DNA of 64,000 nt from Callorhinchus milii (Eukaryota): positions 9,672,001 through 9,736,000 of the forward strand of contig NW_024704759.1 in NCBI RefSeq assembly GCF_018977255.1, in the 5' to 3' direction. Below the pieces are notes generated by a model that saw only the letters and a list, made by a program, of their open reading frames with translations, was not told where the DNA came from and did no database searches. The translations under genes were made by a program, and so were the position numbers. This document shows, piece by piece, positions 35,200 to 48,190 of the stretch. Position 1 is the stretch's first letter, and each line of letters begins with the position of its first letter.

Positions 35200-36164
35200 A
35201 TAATGGATTCAAGAGATTGATTCTAAGATTGTAATCTGATCAATGGGTTCAGTTGACATTGTAAATATGATGTTATTGATACCTTGGGATTAGATTGCAA
35301 GCTTTGGTATCCACCATGGTATCTGTTAATATCCCATACTATACTACAACATAGAATTGTGTTAAGTTTTAAATTGTTTTGTCCAAGATGCGTCTCCTTT
35401 TATTCTATATTGAGTTTGCAATCTTAGCTCATAAGGGAACGAATAGTAATAGGTAATGTCAATAGCAGAAAAGGTATAATATCGCTTCTGTTTTCCTACT
35501 GAGGATTTCTCAGTGTAGTGTTCAAGCTTAATTTACTTCTTTAATTTTAATCTGTGGGATCTGAAGGGACACACAGCAGTTCAGAAAGACAACACTGTGC
35601 GGATCATGCCTCATCTCACGGATTAAATCAGATTTAAGATGTTCAAGTCAACTATTGGAACGGTCAGCGCAGTGCTACATGTGGGTGTATAGCCATAGCT
35701 TTCCATGTGGCAACTTGCTAACTTAGACCATGTTGTCAGTGATAGACAACAATGAAGGTCAGGAGTAGTGAGAGGATAACAAGCTATTCGAGCACCAAGC
35801 ATTCACTAAAGCTTGGGAGTCGTTTGACTCATAATTGTATTCTCCATTAACCTGGACACTTTCTTTGCCATTTTGCTCTATGGCTCTATTGCTTCATTCA
35901 TTGTTGTATATCATTAAGCATTAAGCGACTTGTTCCTACTCTTGATTTAATTTTTTTTTTACTCGTCTCAGGATGTGGGTGACATTTATTTGTCTCGTTT
36001 CTTGTTCTATTGGCAGCTGAGTTTTCATATGACTTAACGATTTGTTAATTTGCACTCAAAGCCCACTTTCCGAAACTTGTTTCATGCTCCGTTAAATCAT
36101 GTTTAGCCTGTTCTCATTTTGATGATTATCGTACATTTTCTTTTCCACGTGAAAGAAGGAACTT

Positions 36165-36325
36165 GCATTGTTCCAGCGCCTTGTCACTTCAAAAAAGATC
36201 TCAAAGCACTCTGCTGTAATTAATGTTGAATGGAGTTACTGTTTTTACAGGCAAATAACGGAACCATTTTGTGCACCGCAGGATTCCACAAACAGCCATG
36301 AGGTGAATGACCGATTTGATCTGAC
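36165..36325 (-). mobile_element. Old DeuSINE 3' fragment
   Basis: CCATTTTGTGCACCGCAGGATTCCACAAACAGCCATGAGGTGAATGACC. Confidence 0.65.
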
Positions 36326-36982
36326 CATTTGCCCAGTGTGTGAGGGGTTGTGTCTATGTTTGACAGGAGTCTGTGGCCTGGCCACTTCCCAAAGCATTTA
36401 TTATCACACATGGCTGCTGCAGACTGAATGTGCTATTCTGTGGTGTTTAGAGATATTAATATCTGAATGAAAGCAGGTCAGCAGAAAAACATTTACTCAC
36501 GTAACATGTCTAACTTTAGCGTGGATTGCGCATGTAGGCACATTCGTATCTGTGTATTGTAATGGACTGATAGCTTTATGCAGCGACAAGATAACATAGA
36601 TGTACTTTACATATTTAGCACTAAAAATAGTGCTTAGCTTGTTTAAGGTATAGTCTGATCTATTTTACTGAATGCGTTAACAGTTAACTGTTTAAGTGCT
36701 GAATGTCTCACAGCTTTTAGATGTATAGCTTTTTTTGTATTATATTTTTTCTCACAATTCTCTTCTCCTCTTCCTTGAAGATGCTGTGATGCAACAACTT
36801 GTGCCTTTAGGTGTCAGCCTAGTTAATAAGTGTCAAGATGTATGAACCTTGATGTTGCACTGGATGGTCAAATGTTTTTCTTTCACCGATAACATTTTTA
36901 CAGCAAGTTTATAGAAGATTACATGGAAAGTTTACCCTACTGTGGTCCAGGGTTTGGTATGCCATTTCTATGATCATCATCA

Positions 36983-37100
36983 TAATAATAGTAATAATCC
37001 TTGCAATTGATATAGCACCTTATCATGTCTCCGAGATGTCGCAAAGCGCTTCTCAGAATATACTGTAAAGTGAATTGACTGTATATTTTGTGGTCAAAAT
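36983..37100 (-). mobile_element. 5'-truncated SINE tail
   Basis: TAATAATCCTTGCAATTGATATAGCACCTTATCA...ACTGTAAAGTGAATTGACTGTATATTT. Confidence 0.85.
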
Positions 37101-37799
37101 GCAAAATATAGAGTCATAGCTGCCATTTGGAAAGTAGTGTCACATCCCTGCATCATAACCAGATAGATCACAGTGGGCCTCGACTGATATAAGTCATAAG
37201 ATGAATGATTTTCAAAAGGTATTTTCCGTTGAGAACATATGAATCTTTTAGAATTCTATGAATTTCAATATGGATAAATGGAATTCCTACAAATGACAGC
37301 AGAGAAGCAAAAGAATTCCCTATGTTTTGCTCTTACACGATTTACTGATGTTTCTTTCGTAAACACCAGGATTTGGTATGAAGCAATAACTCCAGACCTG
37401 GGGGTGAGAGTTTATAAAGAACTCCCTCAAAGTTGTTCATAATGTTTGAAGCCATTTAAAAAATCTCAAAGCTTAGTGTGTTCTCAATAATGTTTTCAGA
37501 AATAAAAGCAGCTTTCTTTTTTAAAACAAATCCTTTTTGATCTTCAACAGAGCCATTTGTGATGTGCAAAATAGATGTCAAATCAGCAGTGTGTTATAAC
37601 ACAAACAGATTTTTGAATGACTGAAAGGGCTTTTACATAGTTGTTTTTCTAGATTTTTTTTATTCTTCCATGTTTGCGGGAAGCCCTTATCTCCTCTACC
37701 CTAAGATGTCTTTACGGTCCTGTCTGTTTGACTGACTCCTGCATTAGCGCTTTCACCTACTTTTACACATGATTTGCTTCATTGTTCGATTCTCATCCT

Positions 37800-38160
37800 A
37801 AAAGAACTGAGGTTATCCGTGGAACCACATCGCAGTATGGATTTGGTTCCATGGGTATTGGCCAACTTCCTGTGCCATGTGGAAGTGACCATTCATCATG
37901 TGTTACTCTGGACAGTGAGTATTGGCAGACTAGATTGTGTGACCATCACAGCTTAGCCTGCTCCTGTGTCCATAACATACATACTTTCCAGCAGGGGCCA
38001 GCCACTGGAAATGTATTCTGAACAGGAACCCTGTTTCTCACACTCAACTCCTGATAGACTTATAACCCAACAGTCTGAAAGATAGACAGGCCCTGGCTGC
38101 ATATTGAGGCTTTGTACTGCTAAACTATGCAGATTAGGCTCTCCAAATTCAATTAGTAGC
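37800..38160 (-). mobile_element. Diverged UCON3-like SINE
   Basis: AAGTGACCATTCATCATGTG...GGACAGTGAGTATTGGCAGACTA...ACTTTCCAGCAGGGGCC. Confidence 0.55.
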
Positions 38161-39044
38161 CCAATATGCATTACGTGGTACCTCATATCAAATCTCATGG
38201 TAAATAGTCTGTGTGATATTCATTCCAGAACATTTGAGATGTCTACTTTATAGCTTGACTTTTATCACGAAAATGGCTTTGAATCTGTAAATTGAGGAAA
38301 GTGAAATATTTTTCATATTGGAGATAGCATAAATCTGTTGCAGTTTCCAACAATTGCATCACCAATCAATTTGCGATCTTTTAAGGCAAAAAAAATCACA
38401 GTAGGGGGATGGCTGAGGAGAGTTTCTGCACAACATTGATCCATGTGATAGGTATAATTGCATCTATGTGAACAGGTTTCATTCTCACTGACTAGTTTAT
38501 CATTAGCAGTCTGCATTATGAAAAGCTGTCAAACAAGATTCCAGCTATTTGCCTGAAGGGTAAAATAGTTTGATCATGGGGAAACAATTTACAGTGCATA
38601 AATCTCATTAAGTGCTGCTATTATCTCGTCTCCGTTGCTGAACTGCTTGTATTTTCGAGTTATAATAAAATCAATTTCCCCAGATAGTCTACAGATAGTC
38701 TACCATAGTGCTTCAATCTGGACTCGTGCTGCCTTTAGCGTATAGGTGACTTGGGAACTTGCTTGAATTGGAAAAGGTTTAAATAGCCTGGGGTTGATGG
38801 TACTATGGTGCCGGGAGTTTGTCTTATTTACTTTGCATGGTGGAATTCTAGGCAGCACCCGCTACATGGAGTCAGTTGTACGTGCATGAACTCACATTGG
38901 CTCGGTTTCTAATTCATGATCCTCGAGTTGACTTTTCTGACTGGAAACTTTCCCTGAGTCTATTCGGGTACAAAACTCTTGAGTGTAAATGGAATGAAAC
39001 AGCTTGATGCGTGGGCATGCAGTACTGCTGTGTGTGTGTATATA

Positions 39045-39351
39045 ATATATATAATAATCCTTGCATTTGATATAGCACTTTTCACATCTTCTAGACGTCT
39101 CAAAGTGCTTCACAGAATATACTGTAAAGTGAGTTGACTGTATATTTGTGGGCGAAACGCGGCAGCCAATTGCGCACAGCAGCATCCCAAAAACAGTCGT
39201 GGGTTGGAGCGACCAATTTATTATTGTTTTTTTTTCTGGAGGGAGTATTAGTGGAGTAAGGAAACTTGCCCAAGGTTTCGCCCTGCCGGGAATCAAACCC
39301 AGGTCTATCGCTTGCGAGGCGAGTGCTCTAACCACTGAGCTACAGGACTCC
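39045..39351 (-). mobile_element. Full-length tRNA-Ala(CGC) SINE, short form
   Basis: Head GGAGTCCTGTAGCTCAGTGGTTAGAGCACTCGCCTCGCAAGCG; inserted in TA/TG microsatellite-like sequence. Confidence 0.92.
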
Positions 39352-39434
39352 ATTTGTATTTTATATATGTGTATATATAATATTCCTTACTTTAGTAAAG
39401 CACCTATATCAAATCACCTCAATGATTTACACTA

Positions 39435-39965
39435 GCGCCATAGGACATCCTCCTGACGTGAAAGGCTCTATATGAATGTAATTTTGTTGTTGTTGTTGTA
39501 ATGGCTGTTGACTACTATTGTAGGGAAACATTTGCAGCCAGTTTGCAAGGTCCCAAATAACAGCCAAGAAGTGATTGACCAATTGATTCCGAGGTTGGTA
39601 AGACATTGGGAGTAACTCTGTCTGTTCGAGTGTTGTTGGTACTTTAATGCCTACGTGAACAGGCAGACATGATCTTTGTTCTCAATTCTCATCCGAAGAG
39701 CAATTGTTGTCAGCCTAGACAATAAGCTCAAGTCCTAAAGTGAGCCTCGAACTTTCTGACCCAGATGCACACAATATAAATATGTGTGACAGTAGCAGTG
39801 GTCATTCATTTCACGTCTGTTTGTGGGACATTGATATATGGAAATCTGCTTCTGCATTTGCCTACAAAATGCAGTCACTGCACATTACAGTAAATCCTGT
39901 AAAGCACATTAACATGTCTTCCCAATATGAAAGGCGCTATATCAAATACAGGATTATTATTTTAT
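39435..39965. mobile_element. Repeat cluster: L2 tail (+, 39435-39499), old DeuSINE (-, about 39500-39770), DeuSINE 3' half (+, about 39795-39965)
   Basis: GGACATCCTCCTGACGTGAAAGG..(GTT)n; CTCATCCGAAG...TGTCAGCCTAGA; TGTTTGTGGGACATTG...AAAGGCGCTATATCAAATACAGGATTATT. Confidence 0.7.
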
Positions 39966-40049
39966 TATTTACAAAAACTTCATATTCCAAACAGAAAATA
40001 AAGTACAAAAAAAATTGCTTTATTTTGTAGGCTTTTGTGAATGGAAACT

Positions 40050-40960
40050 GTTTGAGAAATGATTCGCCTCAAAGTATTTCGATGAAAAAATGAAAGGATA
40101 CATTTTCTTTCATTCAAACAGTGAGCATCTAATTAATAAAGACCATAGGCAGTCTTGATACAAACTCTGCATAACTTGGGAGCCGAGACAAATAAATCTT
40201 TTTTTCTCTCTAAATGTTTCTGACGAGAGTTTTAAAGCTGCCTTGAATCTGAATGTGGTGAGATAAACAGATGTCTTCTCTCTACTTATCTCACTGCTCT
40301 CACAGCCCATTGTTTGTTGATGCAAGCAGTTGTCATAGTCATCTAATAACAAAACCCAACCATTACTCTGTTTTCCTCCAGAGGAACTGATGGGCAATCT
40401 GCATAAAATTACAGCCATGTGTGGAATTCAGTTTGCAGACTGGACAAGGGGAAGCCGAGAGACCCCACCTTGTATCTGCTATTTCATTCGCATCAGAAAA
40501 ATTCATTAACATATAAATCATGTTCTTTACACACATTGAGGCTATTTTGTGCCATCTGCATAATTGCCCTCTATTACGCTCTCGCAAAGCATGAGTGAAT
40601 CTTTCTACATTATTTTCCCAAAACGTAACACATGCTAATTTCAAATATTTAACCACAGCTGATGAGAAAAATCCTGCAATATCAACTAATTCCTTGACAT
40701 TTTAAAACTCGCCGATGCTGCTCAAGCCGGACTGTTTGAAACCTGATTCCTTTATGGAATGCTTTAACTGTTTTGTAACTGGGTTCAGGAGCCTCTAGCG
40801 CATGCATTGTGTGCAAACTGTGCAGGACACCACTCAATCCTGTTTGCAGAAGGAAGTATTGGCACAAAACAATGCATAGAATCTCCAATTGCAGAAGAGA
40901 AGGTGCTGTTTCAACTGTAATAACGTGCTACAATAATTTGTGGACTCTCTTAATAGAATT
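40050..40960. promoter_or_regulatory. Candidate conserved non-coding block
   Basis: About 0.9 kb repeat-free; CTAATTAATAAA, ATAAATCA (PBX-HOX), CATTGT SOX, ATGCTAAT and CAGCTG motifs. Confidence 0.35.
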
Positions 40961-41287
40961 CCTTCACAAAAAAATTCTAGTCATACAAATGGGGACTCCT
41001 TCGTGTAACCAGAACTATGTCACGATGACCGGTGGGAACTCCTCTCTCAATGGGATTTACTTCCCGAGGTGATGTCCTACAGGTCGATGGGAATTCTCAA
41101 TGGATTTCAGGAATCCCAGGAAGAAATACTGCAAATTAGATCTCACTATCAGAATCTTAAACAAATCATAGTTCAAGTTGGGATAAAATTGCTTTCTATG
41201 CCCACATTTGTTTCTCCCTTTCAAGAGAGGAGGACATCCCAAGGCGCTGTTATCAAACAATTATGGGGTTCAAACTCCTGAAAGATG

Positions 41288-41670
41288 ATAATGATGATAA
41301 TAATAATAATACTAATAAAAATCTTTGCATTTGATGTAGCATTTTTCACGTCTTCTAGATGTCTCAAAGCGCTTCACTGAATATACTGTAAAGTGAATTG
41401 ACTGTATATTTGTGGGTGAAACACGGCAGCCAATTGCACTCAGCAGTGTCCCATAAACAGTCGTGGATTGAGTGACCTAATTATTATTGTTTTTTTGAGG
41501 GATTATTATCCCCAGAAAACCGATCCACCAATCAACTAACAACCGGGAACCTACTTACTGCTGGATAAACAGAGGCATGTGGAGTAAGGAAACATTTCAC
41601 CCGGCCAGGAATCAAACCCAGGTCTCTCGCTTGCGAGGCGAGTGCTCTCACCACTGAGCTACAGGACTCC
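41288..41670 (-). mobile_element. Long-form tRNA-Ala(CGC)/CORE/Deu SINE with AAGATG TSD
   Basis: Retains GCCTCTGTTTATCCAGCAGTAAGTAGG...CTGGGGATAATAAT segment; AAGATG at 41282-41287 and 41671-41676. Confidence 0.92.
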
Positions 41671-41730
41671 AAGATGTATCACTGAAGCGTGCCATCATCT
41701 ATCAGCTACACTTTGACCCCATTTTGAATC

Positions 41731-42054
41731 TAATAATAATAATAAGAATAATCCTTGCATTTGATATAGCGCTTTTCACGTCGAGAGGACGTCCCAAAGC
41801 GCTTCACAGAACACACTGTAAAGTGAATTGACTGTATATTTGTGGGCGAACGCGGCAGCCAATTGCGCACAGCAATGTCCCACAAACAGTCATGGATTGA
41901 AAATGACCAATTTATTATTGTTTTTGGTTTTTGGAGGGATTATTATTAGGCGTGTGGAGTAAGGAAACTTGCCCAAGGTTTCGCCCTGCCTGGAATTGAA
42001 CTCAGGTCTCTCGCTTGCAAAGCGAGTGCTCTAACCACTGAGCTACAGGACTCC
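41731..42054 (-). mobile_element. Young short-form tRNA-Ala(TGC) SINE with GAATCTAA TSD
   Basis: Intact A/B boxes; TSD at 41726-41733 and 42055-42062. Confidence 0.93.
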
Positions 42055-42354
42055 GAATCTAAACAGAATCACTTCATATATTAACCTCTTGTTATAAATT
42101 GCCGTTTTGTAGATTGGCATAAAAAACATGTTATTTGAAAGTAGAACTGTAACAATGATTGTCACTGTCACTGAACATTGCCAAAACCCTTCACATTCAG
42201 AAGCAATTAACCATGTGGATTGCAGGTCACATTCACTATGACTCATTGGCCATCACTGGCCATTGAGTTTGACTGAAAAGAAACCAATAGATGTATACTA
42301 TTAACAAAATAAATTAATGGATTGTAATAACTAATTCTCAAAGCTGTTCAGGAT

Positions 42355-42460
42355 CCAGCCTACAAATACACTCACTACACTTCACAGTGAATCCTGTGAA
42401 ATGCTTTGAGACGTTCAACAACGTGATCAAATGCTATTATCAAATGCAAGGATTATTATT
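42355..42460 (+). mobile_element. SINE tail fragment
   Basis: CACTACACTTCACAGTGAATCCTGTGAAATGCTTTGAGACG...AAATGCAAGGATTATT. Confidence 0.75.
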
Positions 42461-43044
42461 TTAATGATGATGCTGAAATATTGACTGTAGGCATTGTCCC
42501 TGTGCTAGAAGATGAACTAAATACAGGTGCGTAGCGCTACAAACCTATTTGTTTCAGTTATAGCTTCCTTTAGGACTTCAGACCTGTGAGTTTATTCATG
42601 GTCTTTTTATCAGATATACTGGCAATAGAATTCCTCAATCTCTATCAAGGCTGCAGAGTCCAAACACTACCGAGCCATTCCAGTTCTTACACAGTGTAAT
42701 ATCCTCTCCTCAACATCAGATTCCCCAACAAATTCTGTGGCGTGAGGTGTTTACATAAGGACAGCAAATATACCCGTGTCAGTCACTAAATGTGAGGCTT
42801 TCAAGGTGGGGTGTTGTCATGGTTTCGAGAAGTTTTCAGGTAAGTCAATTCCTGAAACAATTGGAACATGTCACTCGGCAGCCAACAGATTATTGACTCT
42901 TTCAAACAAATTGGCGCTGCAGAAAATTGCAGTAATTTTGCAGCAAACTGCTGCAATGTGGTTTTCTTGCAAGTACCTTATTTTTAAAGAAGTGCTTAAC
43001 ATTAATCTGTATTAAACTTTCCCCACCTCTCCTCATTGTTCTCT

Positions 43045-43375
43045 TATGAGCCTTCACAGGATTTACTGTGACTGCGTATTTGTAGGTTAATGTGGTAGCC
43101 AATATGTGCTCAGCATTGTCCTACAAACAGCCGTGAAGTAAATGACCAATTTTATCTCCGGGTTATTGGTCAGAATACTGGGTAAAACCCGTTATTCTTT
43201 TTGAATAGTGCCACAGAATTTTTAAAATCCACCTCATCTGAAGGATGACACCTCCAATAATACTGCACACTCCCAGCACTGCATTGGAGTGTCAGCCTAG
43301 ATCGTAAGTTCAAAGTCCTGACATGGGCTTGAACCCATAACTTCTGACTCCGAAGTGAGAGTGCTGAGTCAGAAA
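43045..43375 (-). mobile_element. Old DeuSINE (SacSINE1-like)
   Basis: CTCATCTGAAGGATGACACCTCCAA...GCATTGGAGTGTCAGCCTAGA...CTTGAACCCATAACTTCTGACTC. Confidence 0.8.
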
Positions 43376-44214
43376 GACACAAGGTTATGTTGATTATTGC
43401 ATATATCTCCTCGCTGTTCTTAGAGAGAATGTGATAGCCTGCACATCATGGCAGGTAATTGATTTTCAGCGAGACTTACATTTATCAATTGAACTATGAT
43501 TTTTCAATGAACGTAACATCTCAGAACAAATGTAGTGTTTATCGTTTAAAGCACTCTAACGATTATTACGCGATAAAACGGTACTCAACTCAGTTAAAGT
43601 GCTTTATTGCCCAGATTTCACTTTACATTCTTACAGCTTGATCAAAGGTGCCTTGTAATAGATCTGCAGTAAAGCACTATAATCCAGTTGAGTAGTAGGT
43701 TATTGGGTAACAATCTGAGGCTTGGCTAATGTAACGCTGGTTCAATGCGTATGGGCCAATGGTTTATTTGGTTTGTTTTTCCACTCAGATGTCATTTCTA
43801 TGATGTCAAGTGACCTTGGGTCACTTGGGGTTGTGAGTTATGCTGCAGCTTTAAACCGGTCAATGTTAGACTTTTTAACGGTTGGGTTTCCCCCCAGCTC
43901 CCATCTCCTGTCTTGCTTTGTCCCATACCATTTATATAAAGCGCTTTGAGATATTCTCCTAGTGGAAGGTATTACGTGGTTGCAACTTGATGTTGTTGAG
44001 CAACCCCATATTTTTAGTTATGTACATACCAGCATCAAACTGTTTTTTTTATAATAAACTACACCATTATCCTCAATTGATGGCTGTCTGGGGATTTTGT
44101 GTGCCAGAGGATTGAACGGTGTGTCATCACGGAATGGAAACATCGGTTCAATCCTAAACTCTGCTGTATTTCCAAATGTAACTACAGTAAACTGACAACA
44201 AGCTAATAATAATA

Positions 44215-44410
44215 GTGATACTTGCTTTTGATAGTAGTCTGTAATGTCAAAACGACCCAGAGTGCTCACAAGTAATTGCTGTGAAGTGTAATAACTATGG
44301 CTTTGAAGGCATGATCCGTAGCCAATTTAGAACAATGTTCCATAAACAGCCATGAAGTGAATGACTCATTTTATCTGGAGGATTGTTAGCCAGGACACTG
44401 TGGGAAACTA
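44215..44410 (-). mobile_element. Old DeuSINE 3' fragment
   Basis: CATAAACAGCCATGAAGTGAATGAC...TAGCCAGGACACTG. Confidence 0.6.
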
Positions 44411-45109
44411 ATACACTCATCTCAAAGTGTCAGATATTTGAAGAGTCATGATTCTATTATTTCTGTAATATACTGTGTTCAATTAGATTTCTATTAACAC
44501 ACTGGAGAGGTTGTTAATTTAATTAAAATGGATAGACATTACCATACTAATTAATGCATTTGATAACTTAAACTATCTTCTGCTGGAACCTAGGCTTTGC
44601 TTAGACACAGTAGCCATTGCTTCCTGATACTTAGCAACTCCTCGGTGCTGACGGATTTATGTTCTCCATCTAGGTATAAAAAGGCAAGATTACAAAATAT
44701 TAATTTCACCAGCAGAAAAGTGTTGGCATTGTCCTCAACATCATCTAGGCAAAGAAAGGGAGAAAAACAGCTAGGAATCCTATTCCTGATATCAATCTAG
44801 ATGTTCCTGGTGGAAATGGTGTGCGGACATGGGGTAAAAAGATGTATCTGAACTGCGATATCCTTCTCCCCACCTGACTCCATCCCCATTCACCACAACT
44901 TAGCACCAGGCACACATTGACAAATTGTTCAAATGTTAAGAATGATCCATTGGACAATGTACTGAAACGCTGCTTTTGTTTGTACCTTTACGAACGTATA
45001 TTTTTTTAAAAACTTTGAGAGAGAGAGAGCGCTCGACACAACTGATGAACTAAGATTGGATCCCAGTCTTTACGCCATGCTCACTGTCTGAAAATAGGTA
45101 CTTGAGTTA

Positions 45110-45238
45110 CCCTTTTTGATCATGCTTACGGTCACTTCCCTCTCCCCTGGCTCGGGGTCAGACTCTGCCACTGTTAATCCCTCCGGGACGCTAACCGGCG
45201 TGAAGGGCGCTATATTAATGCAAGTTGTTGTTGTTGTT
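45110..45238 (+). mobile_element. L2 3' tail (second subfamily)
   Basis: GGGACGCTAACCGGCGTGAAGGGCGCTATATTAATGCAA(GTT)5. Confidence 0.75.
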
Positions 45239-45989
45239 AAGTAATGGAGAACTGTGGTACAGTTCCCTAGTAAGATTCGATACTTTTTAGGAGAGGAGAA
45301 ATTAGCCGAGGAAAAATGCAGAGCACATTCTTAAATACGACTCTTTAAATCTAGTCATACCCGGGAATAAAATGCATCTGGTTGCAGTGATTGCTTTTGT
45401 AATGGATAATGTTACATATCGTTATGAAATGAAGATAATGGAACGTTTTCTTAAGACGGGTGGAAGGTAGAAGTTCGGGGCCTCCAGTGTGGCCATGATC
45501 ATTGCCTGAGAACTGTAGCATTTTCTTTGTGTGATCTTAATGGTCTTATTTATGGTAGATGCAGGAAGAATTCTTTGAAAGCCCAAATCACTCTGACAAA
45601 GGAAGAAAATCAAATAACTCAGGAACTAAGAGCCTCCTTGCAGCATCGGCTCCTCAGTGATTAATCACCCGAGCAACCATAAAAAAGGAAAAACTTCAAT
45701 AACACAACTTGTAAACCTTTTCAATGCTGAGAACTGCCCATTGTCTTCACACCATAGTAACCCATAGGGCGCTGAAACAAATAGCACAGTACTGTACTTC
45801 TTATCCCTGATTGTGAGAGCATTTGTATCACGAGGGTTTCTTTTTAAAACCTTACTTTGTTTTTTTTGTTCTCTTTGCAAATGTAAGATTTTAAGCGATA
45901 AAAGCAAACAAATACAGATTCAGATTTGATTATTCATTTACGAATGTTTTGCATATTCATAGACCAGCAGTTCTTGCTAAGTTCTTTGG

Positions 45990-46100
45990 GTTTCGTCCAC
46001 AATATATACAGTTAATTCATATTACAGTATATTCTGTGAAGTGCTTGAGACGTCGCAACGACATGATAAGGTGCTCTGTCAAATGCAAGGATTACTTAAT
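45990..46100 (+). mobile_element. SINE tail fragment
   Basis: ACAGTATATTCTGTGAAGTGCTTGAGACGTC...AAATGCAAGGATTA. Confidence 0.75.
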
Positions 46101-46228
46101 AATAATATTTAATAATGATAATAATCACCAGCATAATAATCATTGCATTAATATAAGGGTGTTACCACATCATTAATGTCTCTAAGCAGGTCACAGGTTT
46201 GAACTGTAAAGTATAATGACTATTTGTT

Positions 46229-46547
46229 GTACAAAACCCTCGTTCTTATCTTCAAGGCCCTCCACGGTCTTGCTCCCCCCAACTCTTTGACATCATAACC
46301 CCATATCAGCCTGTCCACTCCTCCTCTCGGTGGACACCAGCCTGCTTTAAGTCCCCTGCACTTCATGTCCCACCATTGGCACTCAAACCCTCTCTTGCCT
46401 CCTTCAAGTGCCGTCTTAAGACCTTCCTCTTCGACCGTACCTTCTGACCCCAACTTCCAGCTCGGGTCCAAAACCCCTGATTGTCCAGTGCCCTTGGACA
46501 TTTTTCTGGGGTGAAGGGCACTATACGAGTCTAATTTGTTGTTGTTG
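46229..46547 (+). mobile_element. L2 LINE 3' fragment
   Basis: Encodes YKTLVLIFKALHGLAPP (L2 KxLHGLAP motif) and LKTFLFD; (GTT)n tail. Confidence 0.85.
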
Positions 46548-46740
46548 TAGGCGAATGTGACAACCAATTTAACAATTGAAGGGTAACACTTGAGTAGCAA
46601 GGCACCTGGCTTGGTCTCTTTCATTGTGGGTCAACTGGCAACAGCAGTGTTCCCATTTCCAGCTAACCTGCAGCCATAAACCCAGCATCTGATCGGAGCA
46701 TAGAGTACCAGCTGGACATTAGATATGGCATTATCTGAGT

Positions 46741-47142
46741 TAATTATCCTTGCATTTGATATTTTTTTGATATAGCGCTTTTCACGTTGGGAGGAGTTGT
46801 AGCACCTCTACTGCAGGCTTTGCGCGATAATAATAGTCCTTGCATTTGGTATCACGCTTTTCACGTCGGGAGGACGTCCCAAAGCGCTTCACAGAACACA
46901 CTGTAAAGTGAATTGACTGTATATTTGTGGGCGAACACGGCAGCCAATTGCGCACAGCAATGTCCCACAAACAGTCGTAGATTGAAAATGACCAATTTAT
47001 TATTGTTTTGGTTTTTTTTGGAGGGTTTATTATTAGACGTGTGAGTAAGGAAACTTGCCCAAGGTTTCGCCCTCTGCCTGAAATTGAACTCGGGTCTCTC
47101 GCTTGCAAAGCGAGTGCTCTAAACACTGAGCTACAGGACTCC
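46741..47142 (-). mobile_element. Young tRNA-Ala(TGC) SINE (46828-47142) plus a separate tail stub (46741-46795)
   Basis: Two TCCTTGCATTTG...GCTTTTCACGT tails; full head ending GAGCTACAGGACTCC. Confidence 0.9.
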
Positions 47143-47704
47143 ACATCAGTGATGGGCTGATGGCGTGTTTGTTTTGCAACGCAGTTCAATGTCGCTTTAA
47201 ATGGAACCAATTCTAATGTATCCTGAAGGCGCTGGTGCTGGGTTTCTGCATGAACATGTTTACTCTGCAGCGTGGAATCCATAGCACCGGCAAATGCACC
47301 AAAACAGCACCCTTGCAGATGCAAACTCAAACCCAAACACACACCCAGTAGTTTTCAAGGCAGGAGTAGTTTAATTTTCTGGCTGCAGATTTTTCCTAAT
47401 CTCTGTGGAAGCAGAAAGGTTGTATTTGCGGCTGATTTAATATAAAACCAAGAAACAAACCAAAAAAATGATGACGGGAAATTGAAATATTTTCTCTTAT
47501 ACACTATTTAGATTTGTTAACGGACACAGTTGCTGGTCCTTAATTCAGCTACTGTAAACATGGGAATACAGTATCATTTTTGAAGGTGAATAATGTACTG
47601 AGGTTTTCGTGTTTTTTTTAATGTGATAATGTTATCGGGCCGTTCGAGGACTTGTTTTGACATTTTAGATTTAAATTGATCTTTTTTGATTCCTGATCCA
47701 GGAA

Positions 47705-47872
47705 CCCGGGCCTCTGGGAGGTTAGAAAAGTTGCTTTAAAAGCCTCCCTCTTCGAACATGCTTATGGTCACCTCTCTCTAACACCTTCTTCCTCGCTTGG
47801 CGTCCGTCCCATCTCTGTGAGGTGCTTCGAGGCGTTCTGCTATGTGAAGGGTGTAATATAAAAGCATATTGT
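47705..47872 (+). mobile_element. L2 3' fragment
   Basis: TTTAAAAGCCTCCCTCTTCGAACATGCTTATGGTCACC...TGTGAAGGGTG. Confidence 0.6.
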
Positions 47873-47939
47873 TACCGTTACTGTCCTCGACCTCTACAGA
47901 GCCTTTGCCAATGCAGTTCCCTGGCCAGTCAGGAGAGGG

Positions 47940-48190
47940 TGCTGAATCATGCCTCAAGTTGCTACCATGATTTGCTTTACCTCTTTGTTTATTGGTCAAA
48001 CCCTTGGCCCCAATGACCCATCCTCAATTGGGATCTTGCCAATTGAGGGGAGGGTGGGAAGTTCATCTTTTCCACGTCAGTGTTGCTTGGTGTTGGGAGA
48101 TGAATGCAACAAAAACAATTTATGTAGAAGCGCCTTTCTAGCTGGACATCCAGCTCAGCTTGCAGTGTGGAAAATCCGAGTCCAAATCCG
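47940..48190 (-). mobile_element. Diverged UCON3-like fragment with a small L2 tail insertion
   Basis: CATCTTTTCCACGTCAG..CAACAAAAACAATTTATGTAGAAGCGCCTTTC..CCGAGTCCAAATCC. Confidence 0.35.

Noticed and set aside
38852-39007. Open frame AAPATWSQLYVHELTLARFLIHDPRVDFSDWKL.. after a TAG
   Set aside because: Weak acceptor, no recognisable homology; length expected by chance
41985-42054. tRNA-Ala(TGC)-like cloverleaf on the minus strand
   Set aside because: It is a SINE head: the acceptor stem is incomplete, it continues into the CORE/Deu body, and it has a TSD and multiple copies
46782-47342. Longest ORF (186 aa)
   Set aside because: Mostly read-through of a tRNA-derived SINE; the same peptide recurs in ORFs at 24527, 26277, 38892 and 61987
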